Source: an uncultured Clostridia bacterium (lineage in GTDB: Bacteria; Bacillota; Clostridia; Oscillospirales; CAG-382). From it: 64,000 nucleotides of DNA. The notes under the pieces were generated by a model, which was given only the letters and a program-made list of their open reading frames with translations, was not told the DNA's origin and searched no databases. The DNA lies in contig CALWBE010000062.1 of NCBI GenBank assembly GCA_944375955.1, positions 1,314 to 65,313 on the forward strand, given 5' to 3'. Below, one piece after another: positions 9,170 through 18,700 of this stretch. Numbering within the stretch: the first letter of the stretch is position 1; each line of letters begins with the position of its first letter. Both the position numbers and the translations under genes were made by a program.

Positions 9170-9210
9170 AAAACGGTATACCTTATAAAACGGTATACCG
9201 TTTATTTTTT
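9170..9210 (+). terminator. Rho-independent terminator (12-bp stem) after the mini P-loop gene
   Basis: AAACGGTATACC (9171-9182) pairs with GGTATACCGTTT (9192-9203), followed by ATTTTTT. The 13-mer AAAACGGTATACC is directly duplicated here. Confidence 0.7.
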
Positions 9211-9287
9211 ATTTTATACAAAAAAATTCTTTTAAATCCATAAAATTTACAAAGACAAACAAGTTCAACTTTTCGCAGAAATATTCT

Positions 9288-9815
9288 TTAGCAGAATTTT
9301 TCAACATAACTGACCAGAGCTTTTTCAATAATAGATATCGCTCTTTCAGCTCCTCTGATTTCATTTACCGCTGTTTGTTTGCCTTCAAGCTCTTTGTACA
9401 CCGTAAAAAAGTGTATCATTTCATCAAATATATGCGATGGAATCTGGGAAATATCAGTGTAGGTATTATAACTCGGATCATTAAACGGTATAGCTATAAT
9501 TTTATCATCAGCATACCCATTGTCTATCATAGATATAACCCCGATAGGATAACAGCTTACAATTGTCAGCGGATTAATGCTTTCAGCGCAAAGAACCAGC
9601 ACGTCAAGAGGATCCAGATCTTCAGCATATGTGCGCGGTATGAATCCGTAGTTTGCCGGATAATGTGTAGAAGTATACAATATTCTGTCAAGTCTGAGCA
9701 ATCCGGTCTCCTTATCAAGTTCATACTTGTTTTTGCTGCCTTTGGATATCTCAATAACTGAAACAAAATTATCTTTTGTTATGCGTTTCGGATCAATATC
9801 ATGCCATATGTTCAT
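9288..9815 (-). CDS. ppa: Inorganic pyrophosphatase, family I
   Basis: 175 aa. VIEISKGSKNKYELD, YPANYGFIPRT, DLDPLDVLVL and DDKIIA are classic family I PPase motifs. Confidence 0.93.
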   Translation of the reverse strand: MNIWHDIDPKRITKDNFVSVIEISKGSKNKYELDKETGLLRLDRILYTSTHYPANYGFIPRTYAEDLDPLDVLVLCAESINPLTIVSCYPIGVISMIDNGYADDKIIAIPFNDPSYNTYTDISQIPSHIFDEMIHFFTVYKELEGKQTAVNEIRGAERAISIIEKALVSYVEKFC

Positions 9816-9946
9816 AGCCGCTCTCCTTTTTTATTAATTATATTCTTATTTGAAAATACTCGTGTTTTTCTGCTTTCTCAGTATAATAATGTTATTTTAT
9901 GCGCTTTTGTATTATTATATTAAAATTTACTAATGTAAATTATAAT

Positions 9947-9984
9947 AAAAACGGTATATACGTCTTCAGCGTCATACCGTTTTA
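9947..9984 (-). terminator. Hairpin terminator downstream of the prs-like gene
   Basis: AAAACGGTAT (9947-9956) pairs with ATACCGTTTT (9974-9983). Lies 20 nt past the minus-strand stop at 10003. Shares its arm sequence with the 9170 hairpin. Confidence 0.55.
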
Positions 9985-10002
9985 TAAAAGATCTTTATTA
10001 TT

Positions 10003-11121
10003 TTACATATTATGATTATCAAGGCCGGCAATAAGTGTCTTGATCTTTTCAAACGGATCAATTATGGTGCTGATTGACCGGTTTATATTTACTGCCTCTA
10101 TATAGTATGCTATGTATTTCAGAAGATTTACTTCTACATACCATTCTCTCGACAGAAGCTCCGGCGAATTATAAATAGTATTTGTAGTATAAACCTTGTC
10201 GAACATTCCTTCCTTGTAATATCTGTCCATTGTTTCCAACCCGTTGCAGAACAGACCAAATGTGAAAAATCCAAAAATTCTTCTTGCCCCCTGATTCTTA
10301 AGCTTGTCAAGAATATGCAAAAATGATTCTCCAGAGGAAGCTATGTCATCAACCACTATAAGGTCCTTACCGTTTACGTCATCACCGAGATATTCGTGTG
10401 ATTTTATAGGATTCCGTCCGTCATGCACAACAGAGTAATCGCGTTTTTTATAAAACATAGAGAGCTGTGTTCCAAGTACCTCGGAATAATACATTCCACG
10501 GGAAAGTGCACCTTCGTCAGGAGAAACTATCATAAGATTATTTTTATCAATATCGGATTCATGACTGAAGAAAGACTTTAACATCTGATATGTAGGCATA
10601 AGATTATCAAATCCCTTTAAAGGTATGGCATTGCGTACCCTATCATCATGCGCATCAAAGGTCATTATATTATCCACACCCATAGAAGCAAGATCCGCAA
10701 GCGCCTGCGCACAGTCAAGCGATTCACGTCCGCCTACTCTGTGCTGACGGCTTGAATAAAGCATTGGCATTACAACGGAAATTCTCTTTGCCTTACCGCC
10801 TATCGCCGAAATAATTCTCTTAAGGTCGCAGAAATGCTCGTCCGGGCTTGTCGGAACATCTATTCCGCGCATCTTATATGTGACGTTATAATTATAGCAG
10901 TCTGCAAGTATAAATACATCCTTGCCTCTTACAGATTCAGCTATAAGACATTTGCCTTCACCTGTACCAAAACGCGGAAAAGAAGTCTTAATTATATATT
11001 TTCCTTCTTCCTTACGCCACTCCCCTATGTATCTCTGAATACGCTCGAGCATCTGCTCAGTACCTCGCGTGCCGATTATAGCCAGTTCGCCGTATGGGAT
11101 CTCTCTCGATAAATCCTGCAT
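10003..11121 (-). CDS. Ribose-phosphate pyrophosphokinase family protein (long 372-aa paralogue type)
   Basis: Prs-like blocks: ISVVMPMLYSSRQHR, TFDAHDDRVRNAIP, VSPDEGALSRG, and PRPP loop VVDDIASSGESF. It is longer than the ~315-aa canonical Prs. Confidence 0.85.
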   Translation of the reverse strand: MQDLSREIPYGELAIIGTRGTEQMLERIQRYIGEWRKEEGKYIIKTSFPRFGTGEGKCLIAESVRGKDVFILADCYNYNVTYKMRGIDVPTSPDEHFCDLKRIISAIGGKAKRISVVMPMLYSSRQHRVGGRESLDCAQALADLASMGVDNIMTFDAHDDRVRNAIPLKGFDNLMPTYQMLKSFFSHESDIDKNNLMIVSPDEGALSRGMYYSEVLGTQLSMFYKKRDYSVVHDGRNPIKSHEYLGDDVNGKDLIVVDDIASSGESFLHILDKLKNQGARRIFGFFTFGLFCNGLETMDRYYKEGMFDKVYTTNTIYNSPELLSREWYVEVNLLKYIAYYIEAVNINRSISTIIDPFEKIKTLIAGLDNHNM

Positions 11122-11179
11122 ATTTTTTCCTCCGTAAAATATGATTTTAACCTATAAAACACTATTTTTTTACATAATT

Positions 11180-11208
11180 ATTGTATCATATATTTTTGTT
11201 TTTTTCAA
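11180..11208 (-). promoter_or_regulatory. Sigma-A-type promoter for the prs-like gene
   Basis: Minus strand TTGAAA (11208-11203), 17 nt spacer, TACAAT (11185-11180). Confidence 0.45.
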
Positions 11209-11313
11209 CTGCGTAAAAAAAACATATAAAAAATTTCATGAAAAAAATTTATGTTTTTTCCTCAAAAAACCGGCGTTTTCGACAAAATTATAAAACGAAT
11301 GCCTTAAGAAACA

Positions 11314-11859
11314 TCATTTTATATCATACTTCATGTATACTTCTCCCGTGCATATATTCTCCCATTTAAAACATGTGCCATCAAAAAGTATGCAGCTGTT
11401 ATACGAATTCTCTTTTGGAATAGATACTGAACCGGGATTTATATGCAAAAATCCATCTTTACTTTCACATAACGGCACATGAGTATGCCCGTTTACAAGT
11501 ATGCAGTTCATATCCGATATATCTTTTCTGATTTTATGGCCGTGAGTCAGATAAAGAGGTTTTAAAAGGCCTTCACTGTATATCATTGCTTCCTCTGCCT
11601 CTATTGGAAAATCAAGTACCATTCCGTCTACTTCACTGTCGCAATTGCCTTTTATGCACAATATTTTTGACGCCATGGGATTTAATATAGATATAACGCC
11701 TTTTGGGGAATAGTCCTTCGGCAAATCGTTGCGAGGTCCGTGATAAAGTATGTCTCCCAATAAGAAAAGCCTTTCAGCTTGCTCTTTTTCAAATCTCTCC
11801 GCAAGAGCTCGGCAATAGTATTCCGATCCGTGTATATCTGACGCTATTATAACTTTCAT
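11314..11859 (-). CDS. Metallophosphoesterase, YfcE/MJ0936 phosphodiesterase family
   Basis: 181 aa. SDIHG, LLGDILYHGPRN, GNCD, THGH and NGHTH are the calcineurin-like phosphoesterase motif set. Confidence 0.85.
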   Translation of the reverse strand: MKVIIASDIHGSEYYCRALAERFEKEQAERLFLLGDILYHGPRNDLPKDYSPKGVISILNPMASKILCIKGNCDSEVDGMVLDFPIEAEEAMIYSEGLLKPLYLTHGHKIRKDISDMNCILVNGHTHVPLCESKDGFLHINPGSVSIPKENSYNSCILFDGTCFKWENICTGEVYMKYDIK

Positions 11860-11879
11860 ATTTTTCTCCTTTTATAAAT

Positions 11880-11915
11880 AAAAAGCCCGTCTGCAAATCT
11901 GCAAAACGGGTTTTA
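11880..11915 (-). terminator. Rho-independent terminator downstream of parA-like gene
   Basis: Minus strand CCCGTtTTGCAgattTGCAgACGGG followed by CTTTTTATTT. Confidence 0.6.
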
Positions 11916-12032
11916 CTATTTTAAAAATATCGCCGGTTTCTGATTTATACACTTTTTTCCCGGCGTTTGAATCCGTATCCTGCAGTTTTTTAACAACGGA
12001 ACCGGTTACCCAGCTTGCCGAATAACCAAATT

Positions 12033-12791
12033 CTACATTTCCGTTATTTCCTTAGCAATATCGCAATATGCGACAGCTCCTTTAGAATACTTATCATAAT
12101 ACATCGCAGGCATTCCATAGCTTGGTGCTTCACTTAAGCGCACGTTGCGCGGAACCGGCACTTTGAAAATTTTCCCTTTAAAATGTTTTTTTATTTGCTC
12201 GAGAACCTGAAGTGAAAGATTCAGTCTTCCGTCAAACATTGTTATTATAACTCCGGACAAATTCAGGTTGGGGTTATAAAGCCGCTTTACCTGCGCGATA
12301 GTAACTGTAAGCTGAGAAAGTCCCTCAAGCGCAAAATATTCGCACTGCATCGGAACTATAACTCCATCGCTTGCACAAAGGCTGTTTATAGTAAGAAGTC
12401 CTAACGAAGGCGGACAATCAATAAATATATACTCGTATTCATCGCGTATGTCATCCAGTGCTTTCTTTAGAAAAAACTCTCGCTCCTTTTTGTCGACAAG
12501 TTCAAGTTCAGCTCCGGCAAGTGCTATAGTAGCAGGCAAAATGTCAAGTTTTTTATACTTAGTTTTCTTTACAACGGATTTAAAAGGGATATCACTTGCA
12601 ATGAGATCATATGCAGATTTTGAAACTGACTTTTTGCTTACTCCGACACCGCTTGTCGCATTACCCTGAGGATCCATATCTACGAGCAAAGTTTTTTTGC
12701 CAAGAGCACCTATGGCCGCCGCAATATTTACAGCGGAAGTTGTCTTGCCTACTCCGCCTTTTTGATTGGCAAAAGCATAAATCTTTGCCAA
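12033..12791 (-). CDS. ParA/Soj-family P-loop ATPase (no parB adjacent)
   Basis: Deviant Walker A NQKGGVGKTT, DMDPQGN, IFIDCPPSLG. The likely start is TTG 12791 (MAKIYAF...), 9 nt after GAGGAG, rather than the track start 12809. Confidence 0.88.
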   Translation of the reverse strand: MAKIYAFANQKGGVGKTTSAVNIAAAIGALGKKTLLVDMDPQGNATSGVGVSKKSVSKSAYDLIASDIPFKSVVKKTKYKKLDILPATIALAGAELELVDKKEREFFLKKALDDIRDEYEYIFIDCPPSLGLLTINSLCASDGVIVPMQCEYFALEGLSQLTVTIAQVKRLYNPNLNLSGVIITMFDGRLNLSLQVLEQIKKHFKGKIFKVPVPRNVRLSEAPSYGMPAMYYDKYSKGAVAYCDIAKEITEM

Positions 12792-12842
12792 AGTGCAATC
12801 ACTCCTCAAAGTTTATTCACCATATATCGGTGTACAAGCTTT

Positions 12843-12871
12843 ATTATATCAAAAACATCTATAAAAGTCAA
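12843..12871 (-). promoter_or_regulatory. Sigma-A-type promoter for the parA-like gene
   Basis: Minus strand TTGACT (12871-12866), 17 nt spacer, TATAAT (12848-12843). Confidence 0.5.
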
Positions 12872-12933
12872 ATATTTTATTGTCTATTATACACTTTTGC
12901 TCAAAATTCGTCGTTTTAACCTGTATAACGTCA

Positions 12934-12958
12934 GTAAAAAAGCGCCTTACAGCGCTTC
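12934..12958 (-). terminator. Rho-independent terminator after the amino-acid ABC operon
   Basis: AAGCGC / cttaca / GCGCTT with an A6 run on the plus strand (T6 on the minus strand). Lies 30 nt past the stop at 12990. Confidence 0.6.
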
Positions 12959-12989
12959 TTTCTAATGATTTTGGCCAATTTTCACATAT

Positions 12990-13760
12990 TTAGTCTTTAT
13001 CTATAAATCCCGATAAAAATTCCTGTGTCTTTACATTTTCCGGATTTTCAAAGATTTGCTTGGGAGAACCTGATTCAACTATTCTTCCTTCATGCATGAA
13101 TATAACCTTATCTGAAACTTCCTTTGCAAATTTCATCTCATGTGTAACTATAATCATAGTCATGTTTTCTCTTGCAAGTCCCTTGAGAGTTGCCAAAACT
13201 TCATTTGTAAGCAACGGGTCAAGCGCGCTTGTAGGTTCGTCAAAAAATAATATATCGGGATTTAAGGCAAGCGCCCTTGCTATCGCAACACGCTGCTGCT
13301 GTCCTCCTGACAGCTGAAACGGATAATAGGAAATTTTATCCCCGAGACCTACTCTCTCAAGATAACCGCATGCAATTTCAGATATGTTTCCATTGAATTT
13401 TTTCAAACCGTCCTTGGATAAAAGCTGCATTGCAAGCGTTACATTTTCGAGCGCCGTATATTGGGGAAACAAGTTAAAATTCTGAAAAACAAGGCCAAAA
13501 CGCAGCCGGTTTTTACGGATTTCCTTTTCGGTGAGCTTTTTCTGCGACAAAGCGTCAAAAATAGTTTCTCCTTCTACTTTTATTATTCCGCGCTCAGGAC
13601 GCTCAAGGAAAGTCAGGCAGCGCAAAAGCGTTGTCTTTCCATTTCCAGAAGAACCTATTACCGATACCACCTCTCCCTTTTCCACAGAAAAGCTGATACC
13701 TTTAAGTACGCTGGTATTTCCGAAACTTTTATACATATCTATTACTTCAAGTATAGGCAT
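12990..13760 (-). CDS. Polar amino-acid ABC transporter ATP-binding protein (GlnQ/ArtP-like)
   Basis: 256 aa. [41 protein letters not shown]. Confidence 0.92.
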   Translation of the reverse strand: MPILEVIDMYKSFGNTSVLKGISFSVEKGEVVSVIGSSGNGKTTLLRCLTFLERPERGIIKVEGETIFDALSQKKLTEKEIRKNRLRFGLVFQNFNLFPQYTALENVTLAMQLLSKDGLKKFNGNISEIACGYLERVGLGDKISYYPFQLSGGQQQRVAIARALALNPDILFFDEPTSALDPLLTNEVLATLKGLARENMTMIIVTHEMKFAKEVSDKVIFMHEGRIVESGSPKQIFENPENVKTQEFLSGFIDKD

Positions 13761-13790
13761 TTTTTTCTCCTTATCGTCTCAGACTCAATA

Positions 13791-14486
13791 TCAGGTCTTA
13801 TAATAATCAAGCTTTTTCTCTATGTATCCAAACAAAAGCGTCAATGCTCCGCAGAATATCAAATAATACACCGCAGTGTAAAATATAGGCCATATGAGAC
13901 CGTCTGATTTTGCAAATTTCTGAGCCGCCCAAATTATTTCATATACCGCGATAACGCGCGCCAACGATGTGTCTTTTACAAGCGTTATTATCTCATTGCT
14001 CATCGGAGGTACGATCTTTTTTATAACCTGCATAAGTATAACCTTGAAAAATACCTGCGTTTTTGTCATTCCCAGCACAGCACCTGCTTCATATTGGCCG
14101 CGCGGCATGCTTTCTATACCTCCTCGGTATATCTCGGAAAAATAGCATGAATAATTGATTACAAATGCTATCATAACAGCAAGAAAACGATCCGGCACAG
14201 TCCAGTCTGCAAGCCAGTCTATGAAAAAATTCTCTATTCCAAGCTTTCCTGCCCACTTTCCCACAAATCCGGGAACATAAAATATTGCTATCAACTGCAG
14301 CATTAGCGGAGTTCCCCTTATAATCCATACAATGGTCTTTACAGTATACTTTAATGGCTTGAATTTGCTCATAGATCCGAAACTCATGATAAGTCCTATG
14401 GGAAGCGCAAAAAGAAGCGTTAAAGCAAATATTTTTACTGTTACGACAAAGCCGTCAAACAGCGATAACGTTACTTCATTAAACAT
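13791..14486 (-). CDS. Polar amino-acid ABC transporter permease (His/Glu/Gln/Arg/opine family)
   Basis: 231 aa with multiple TM helices. EAA-loop-like region YRGGIESMPRGQYEAGAVLGMTKTQVFFKVILMQ. Confidence 0.9.
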   Translation of the reverse strand: MFNEVTLSLFDGFVVTVKIFALTLLFALPIGLIMSFGSMSKFKPLKYTVKTIVWIIRGTPLMLQLIAIFYVPGFVGKWAGKLGIENFFIDWLADWTVPDRFLAVMIAFVINYSCYFSEIYRGGIESMPRGQYEAGAVLGMTKTQVFFKVILMQVIKKIVPPMSNEIITLVKDTSLARVIAVYEIIWAAQKFAKSDGLIWPIFYTAVYYLIFCGALTLLFGYIEKKLDYYKT

Positions 14487-14612
14487 TAACCTAAATTAAC
14501 CTTTCATTACAGGTGACTTTTTTTCTTCAACATTCTATACAGAGAAAAGCAGAAAGCTTTCCTTTAACAAGAAAACCTTCTGCTGTTATTTTTTATGATT
14601 TTCCCTGACCGC

Positions 14613-15467
14613 TTATTCTGCAGGCATTGCAAGCGTAAGCTCATATTTTTCTGCAAGAGCCTTAAGAGTTCCGTCGCTTGCAAACTGATTTATTATCTCA
14701 TTTACCTTAGCTGTAACATCAGAATCTTTGCGGAAACCTATTCCGTAAAACTCTTCAGTAAGTCTTATTGTATAACCGAGATCTTCATAGCTTGTTCCTT
14801 CTCCGGTCATAGCGTCTGCCATTGTTATATCGATAACGCATGCATCACATGATCCGGAAGCAACTTCCATTAAAGCATCTGCCTGTGTCTGAACCGCTGT
14901 AGATTCATATCCCAAATCATTTAACGCCGCTTCTCCGGCAGATCCCGATTCAACTGCAAAAGTAAGACCGTCAAGATCCTCTGCTGTCTCATAATCGGCA
15001 AGCTTATCGGCATCCATAACAACTACCTGTGCGTTTACGACATACGGATCAGTACAGTTCATTCCGTTTAAAACTTCATCTGTAAGTGTCATTCCATTCC
15101 ATACACAGTCGATCGCCTTCGATTCAAGCTCCATCAATTTTCCGTCCCAGTCGATTTCAATGAACTCCGCTTCAACTCCAAGCTCTTTTGCAACAGCTAC
15201 CGCAAGCTCGGTATCAAAGCCTGTCCATTCTCCGTTTTCCATATAGTTCATAGGCTCATACTCTGTTATTCCTATAACAAGTGTACCTTTATTCTGAATA
15301 TATGCAAGATCGCTTTCAGAGTTATCGGGATTCTCCTGTCCGTCTGTGTTGTCTTGAGTTCCCTGCTGATCTCCGTTTTCAACCGGGTCTTTTTCAGCAC
15401 ATGAAGCGAGAGACACTGCAGTCGCAAGCATAAGTGCCGAAAGAATAACTGCCATAATTTTTTTCAT
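14613..15467 (-). CDS. Amino-acid ABC transporter substrate-binding lipoprotein
   Basis: Start ATG 15467 after GGAGGA gives MKKIMAVILSALMLATAVSLASC, a lipobox. An acidic/polar linker follows (DPVENGDQQGTQDNTDGQENPDNSESD), then a type-3 SBP fold (LVIGITEYEPMNY..., GFDTELA...). The track start 15548 is upstream of the signal peptide. Confidence 0.88.
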   Translation of the reverse strand: MKKIMAVILSALMLATAVSLASCAEKDPVENGDQQGTQDNTDGQENPDNSESDLAYIQNKGTLVIGITEYEPMNYMENGEWTGFDTELAVAVAKELGVEAEFIEIDWDGKLMELESKAIDCVWNGMTLTDEVLNGMNCTDPYVVNAQVVVMDADKLADYETAEDLDGLTFAVESGSAGEAALNDLGYESTAVQTQADALMEVASGSCDACVIDITMADAMTGEGTSYEDLGYTIRLTEEFYGIGFRKDSDVTAKVNEIINQFASDGTLKALAEKYELTLAMPAE

Positions 15468-15613
15468 GATAGCATCCTCCGTAAATATTTTTAATCTGCC
15501 ATTGCAAAATGCGAGATGTTCTAATGCACAATATATTTCATTTTCCATTATTTTTTAGAAAAATCTTATTTATGCTTTATCACTTTAGAACACTAAAGCA
15601 GATTTACAATACT

Positions 15614-15641
15614 ATTATAACATATTTTCTGAAAATTGCAA
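15614..15641 (-). promoter_or_regulatory. Candidate sigma-A promoter (extended -10) for the amino-acid ABC operon
   Basis: Minus strand TTGCAA (15641-15636), 16 nt spacer, TGtTATAAT (-10 at 15619-15614). Confidence 0.45.
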
Positions 15642-15689
15642 TAGCTTTTACAATTTTTTTAAAATTAACATTTCTTATCGGATTCAGAT

Positions 15690-15718
15690 TTGCTTAATCC
15701 TCTTAATATGAATATTAT
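15690..15718 (+). promoter_or_regulatory. Candidate sigma-A promoter for the giant glucan-synthase-like gene
   Basis: TTGCTT (15690-15695), 17 nt spacer, TATTAT (15713-15718), 70 nt upstream of ATG 15788. Confidence 0.35.
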
Positions 15719-15787
15719 TTCATTTTGGGAAAACAATAGTATGAGAATTTATTAATAGATACATTAAAACTTGGAAGGAAAAAAGCG

Positions 15788-18700
15788 ATGAACTCTCCCG
15801 ACATTGAAAAAAACAGTTTTTCCGCCGCGCTTGCCTTGTGCGAAAATATAGCTCAGGAAATTTCTCCAGCCAAACATATGTGCCGCGGTTTACGGCTGCG
15901 AGGTATGCTTAAAAAGAGTTTTTCTGACACAAAAAAGATTTTTCTGCGTGCCGAGAACTATTCCGAAACCAGCGCAGCTCTTTCTGACGCTTTTTTATGG
16001 CTTACGGATAATTATTCTTTTATAGAAGAAGAATTCAGATACTGTATCTGTACCCTTAAAAAGAAGAAGGGCACTGCCTCAAAAAATGGTTTGCCTTTTG
16101 TTTATGAGGCTTCCATGCGTCTTTTTTCCATATGTGACGGGGATGTATCCGGAACTCAGATTGACGCTCTTGCCGCAAGCTGTGACAGCACTATTCCATC
16201 AGGAATGGGATATGATGATTTCTGTTCATTTTCTCATTTTTTAAAATGCGCTCTGCTTTCTTATATAGGCGGTATATCTGCAAAATTTTCCGGCTCAGAT
16301 GCCGTTTTTCAGGGTGATGAAAGCGGCGACCGTCTTATATCTGCCATAAAAACTTTAAAATATTTATCAGTGCATAATTTTACCGAAAGTTTTTCACTTT
16401 GCAAGCTTGAAAGAATATTGTCGAACGATCCAGCAGGCGTTTATCCTGTAATGACAGAAAATTCTTCAAGCGAGCTTCGCCGTCTTCTGCACTTTGAGGC
16501 AAAATCTTCGGGAATGTCAGACAGTGCATATGCCGAAAAACTATATGATCTGTCTGTTCACGGGAAAAGCAACGCCGAAAAATATATAGGTTATAACGTA
16601 GGGAAACTGCCTTCGGAAAGAAAATTATATTTTCCTCTTTTATACGGTCTAAGTGCCGCTGTGTCAATTTTGGCATCATATTATGTTAATATATGGCTTT
16701 TTCCGCTTCTATTTTTCCCTTTGCTTGATGCTTTAAAACCGGCACTTGATGCAGTAATATCAATGATATGCAAAAACACCGGTCTTATTCCGGCAATAAA
16801 ATTATCCGAAATTCCGGAAAATGCAAAGACTCTATGTGTAATAACTGCATTATTAAGAGGAGAAGAACACGACGGAGAGCTTTTTACTCGTCTTGAGCGC
16901 ATATACAATGCTAATAGCGGAAAAAACATTAAGTTCGGCTTGCTCTGTGATCTTTGTGACAATGACGGAGCCACAAAAAGTACAGATGAAGCAGTAGCCG
17001 GATATGCACGAGGAAGAATAGATTCTCTTAATGCAAAATACGGAAACGACTTTATTTTCTTTATAAGACCGAGAAGCTATTCAAAAAGCGAGCGCTCGTT
17101 TATGCCGTATGAGCGGAAAAGAGGCGCTGTTATAGAGCTTTCAAAGCTTATAAAAACAGGTGAATCTTCTTTTGATGCAGGAGTAAAAAGTCTTGCGGAT
17201 AATATTAGTTTTATAAAAGAAGTAAAATATGTAATAACACTTGACGCCGACACGAATCTTGGAATAGATATTGCCAGAGATCTTATTGGTAAAATGATAC
17301 ACCCTAAAAATATCCCGGTTATAGATACCAAATCCCACAAAGTTATAAGCGGATACGGTATAATGCAACCAAAAATGTCCACTGATCTTGACGGAGCTCG
17401 CGCGACTCCTTTTTCAAGGCTTATGTGCGGCGGCGGGGGTACCGACATTTACTCAGGTGCATCATTCGATTTGTATCAGTCGCTTTTCGGAGAAGGCATT
17501 TTTTGCGGAAAAGGTATTTTTGATGTTGATGCTTTTTACAATACTATAGTTCTTTCAGAATTTTTTCCCGATGACAAAATACTCAGTCATGATATCCTTG
17601 AAGGCGAGCGTCTGAGAACCGCTCTTTTATGTGACGTCGAGCTTACCGACGGATTCCCTAAAAATGAGCTTTCTTATTTAAAGCGCAAACATAGGTGGAT
17701 ACGTGGAGATATACAAAACTTGATGTTTCTTTCAAAAAAAATTAAAGTCGGAAATAAAAAACGAAAAAACGATCTCTCACTGCTTTCAAAATATAAACTT
17801 TTTGACAATGCAAGACGTGCGGTCACTCCAATTATTTCTCTTGCAATAATAATAGTCTCGTTTTTCTGGCCGCAACCTTATTCCGCAATTTTATTCTTTG
17901 CAGCTTTTTCTCCCTATATCATTCCTTTTGTAATAGATACAATAACTCTCATAACAACTCTTACAGTAAAAAGTGCCGCAAGAAAGTTTTTCTCTAAAGG
18001 TGTTACCGTGGGAATATGGCAAAGCTTTTTGAGAATGCTTTATTTCAGTGCCATGCTCGCAAAAGATGCCTTGATGTCATTAGGTGCATGTCTGACTTCG
18101 GCTTACAGAATGCTTATTTCCAAAAAAAAGCTGCTCGAATGGGTTACTGCGGCTCAGTCTGACAGCGGAAAATCCTCCGCTATGCTTTTTATAAGCAAGC
18201 ATATAGCTTCATCACTGCTCGGAGCTTTTCTGTTCTTCTTTGCACCGGGCGGACTTATTAAATTTACAGGACTTGCATTCTTCATAATGCCGATAGTCGC
18301 TTTTTTCACTTCAAAAGATTTTTCATCTAAAAAATCCATAAGTCCCGAAGATAAAAAGAAGCTGTCTGCATATGCGGCAGATATCTGGAAATTTTTCGAT
18401 GAAAACGTAAATAAGCAAAATCACTTTCTGCCGCCTGATAACATTCAGTTTTCACCTTATGAAAAAACAGCTCACCGCACCTCACCTACAAATATAGGGT
18501 TATACCTATCAAGCTGCCTTGCGGCACGAGATTTCGGATTTATAAATACGGCTGAGCTTTATGAAAAAATAAATGCATCAATAGAAACTGTAGAAAAGCT
18601 GAAAAAATGGAAAGGACATCTCTACAACTGGTATGATACCGAATCTCTGTCGATATTGAATCCGGCATATATATCGTCTGTTGACAGCGGAAATTTTGTA

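Noticed and set aside
11860-12035. Stop-free, protein-like 58-codon frame (…GYSASWVTGSVVKKLQDTDSNAGKKVYKSETGDIFKIVKPV…) directly after the parA-like stop; considered as a small gene, a frameshifted C-terminus or a pseudogene remnant
   Set aside because: It has no ATG/GTG/TTG start with an RBS apart from a GTG that would give about 24 aa. It runs through the terminator hairpin. An open frame of this length is not improbable by chance in AT-rich DNA. It would need homology evidence that I cannot obtain.
12611-12965. Plus-strand ORFs (102 and 67 aa) across the parA 5' end and its promoter region
   Set aside because: They are antisense to parA and its promoter and terminator elements, with AT-rich low-complexity translations.
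15636-15665. Self-complementary TTGCAA hexamer that could act as a shared -35 for divergent promoters (minus-strand ABC operon; plus strand TTGCAA-18-TAAAAT for the giant gene)
   Set aside because: The plus-strand reading needs an 18-nt spacer and a weak -10. A better plus-strand candidate (TTGCTT-17-TATTAT) lies closer to the gene. The sharing is probably coincidental.
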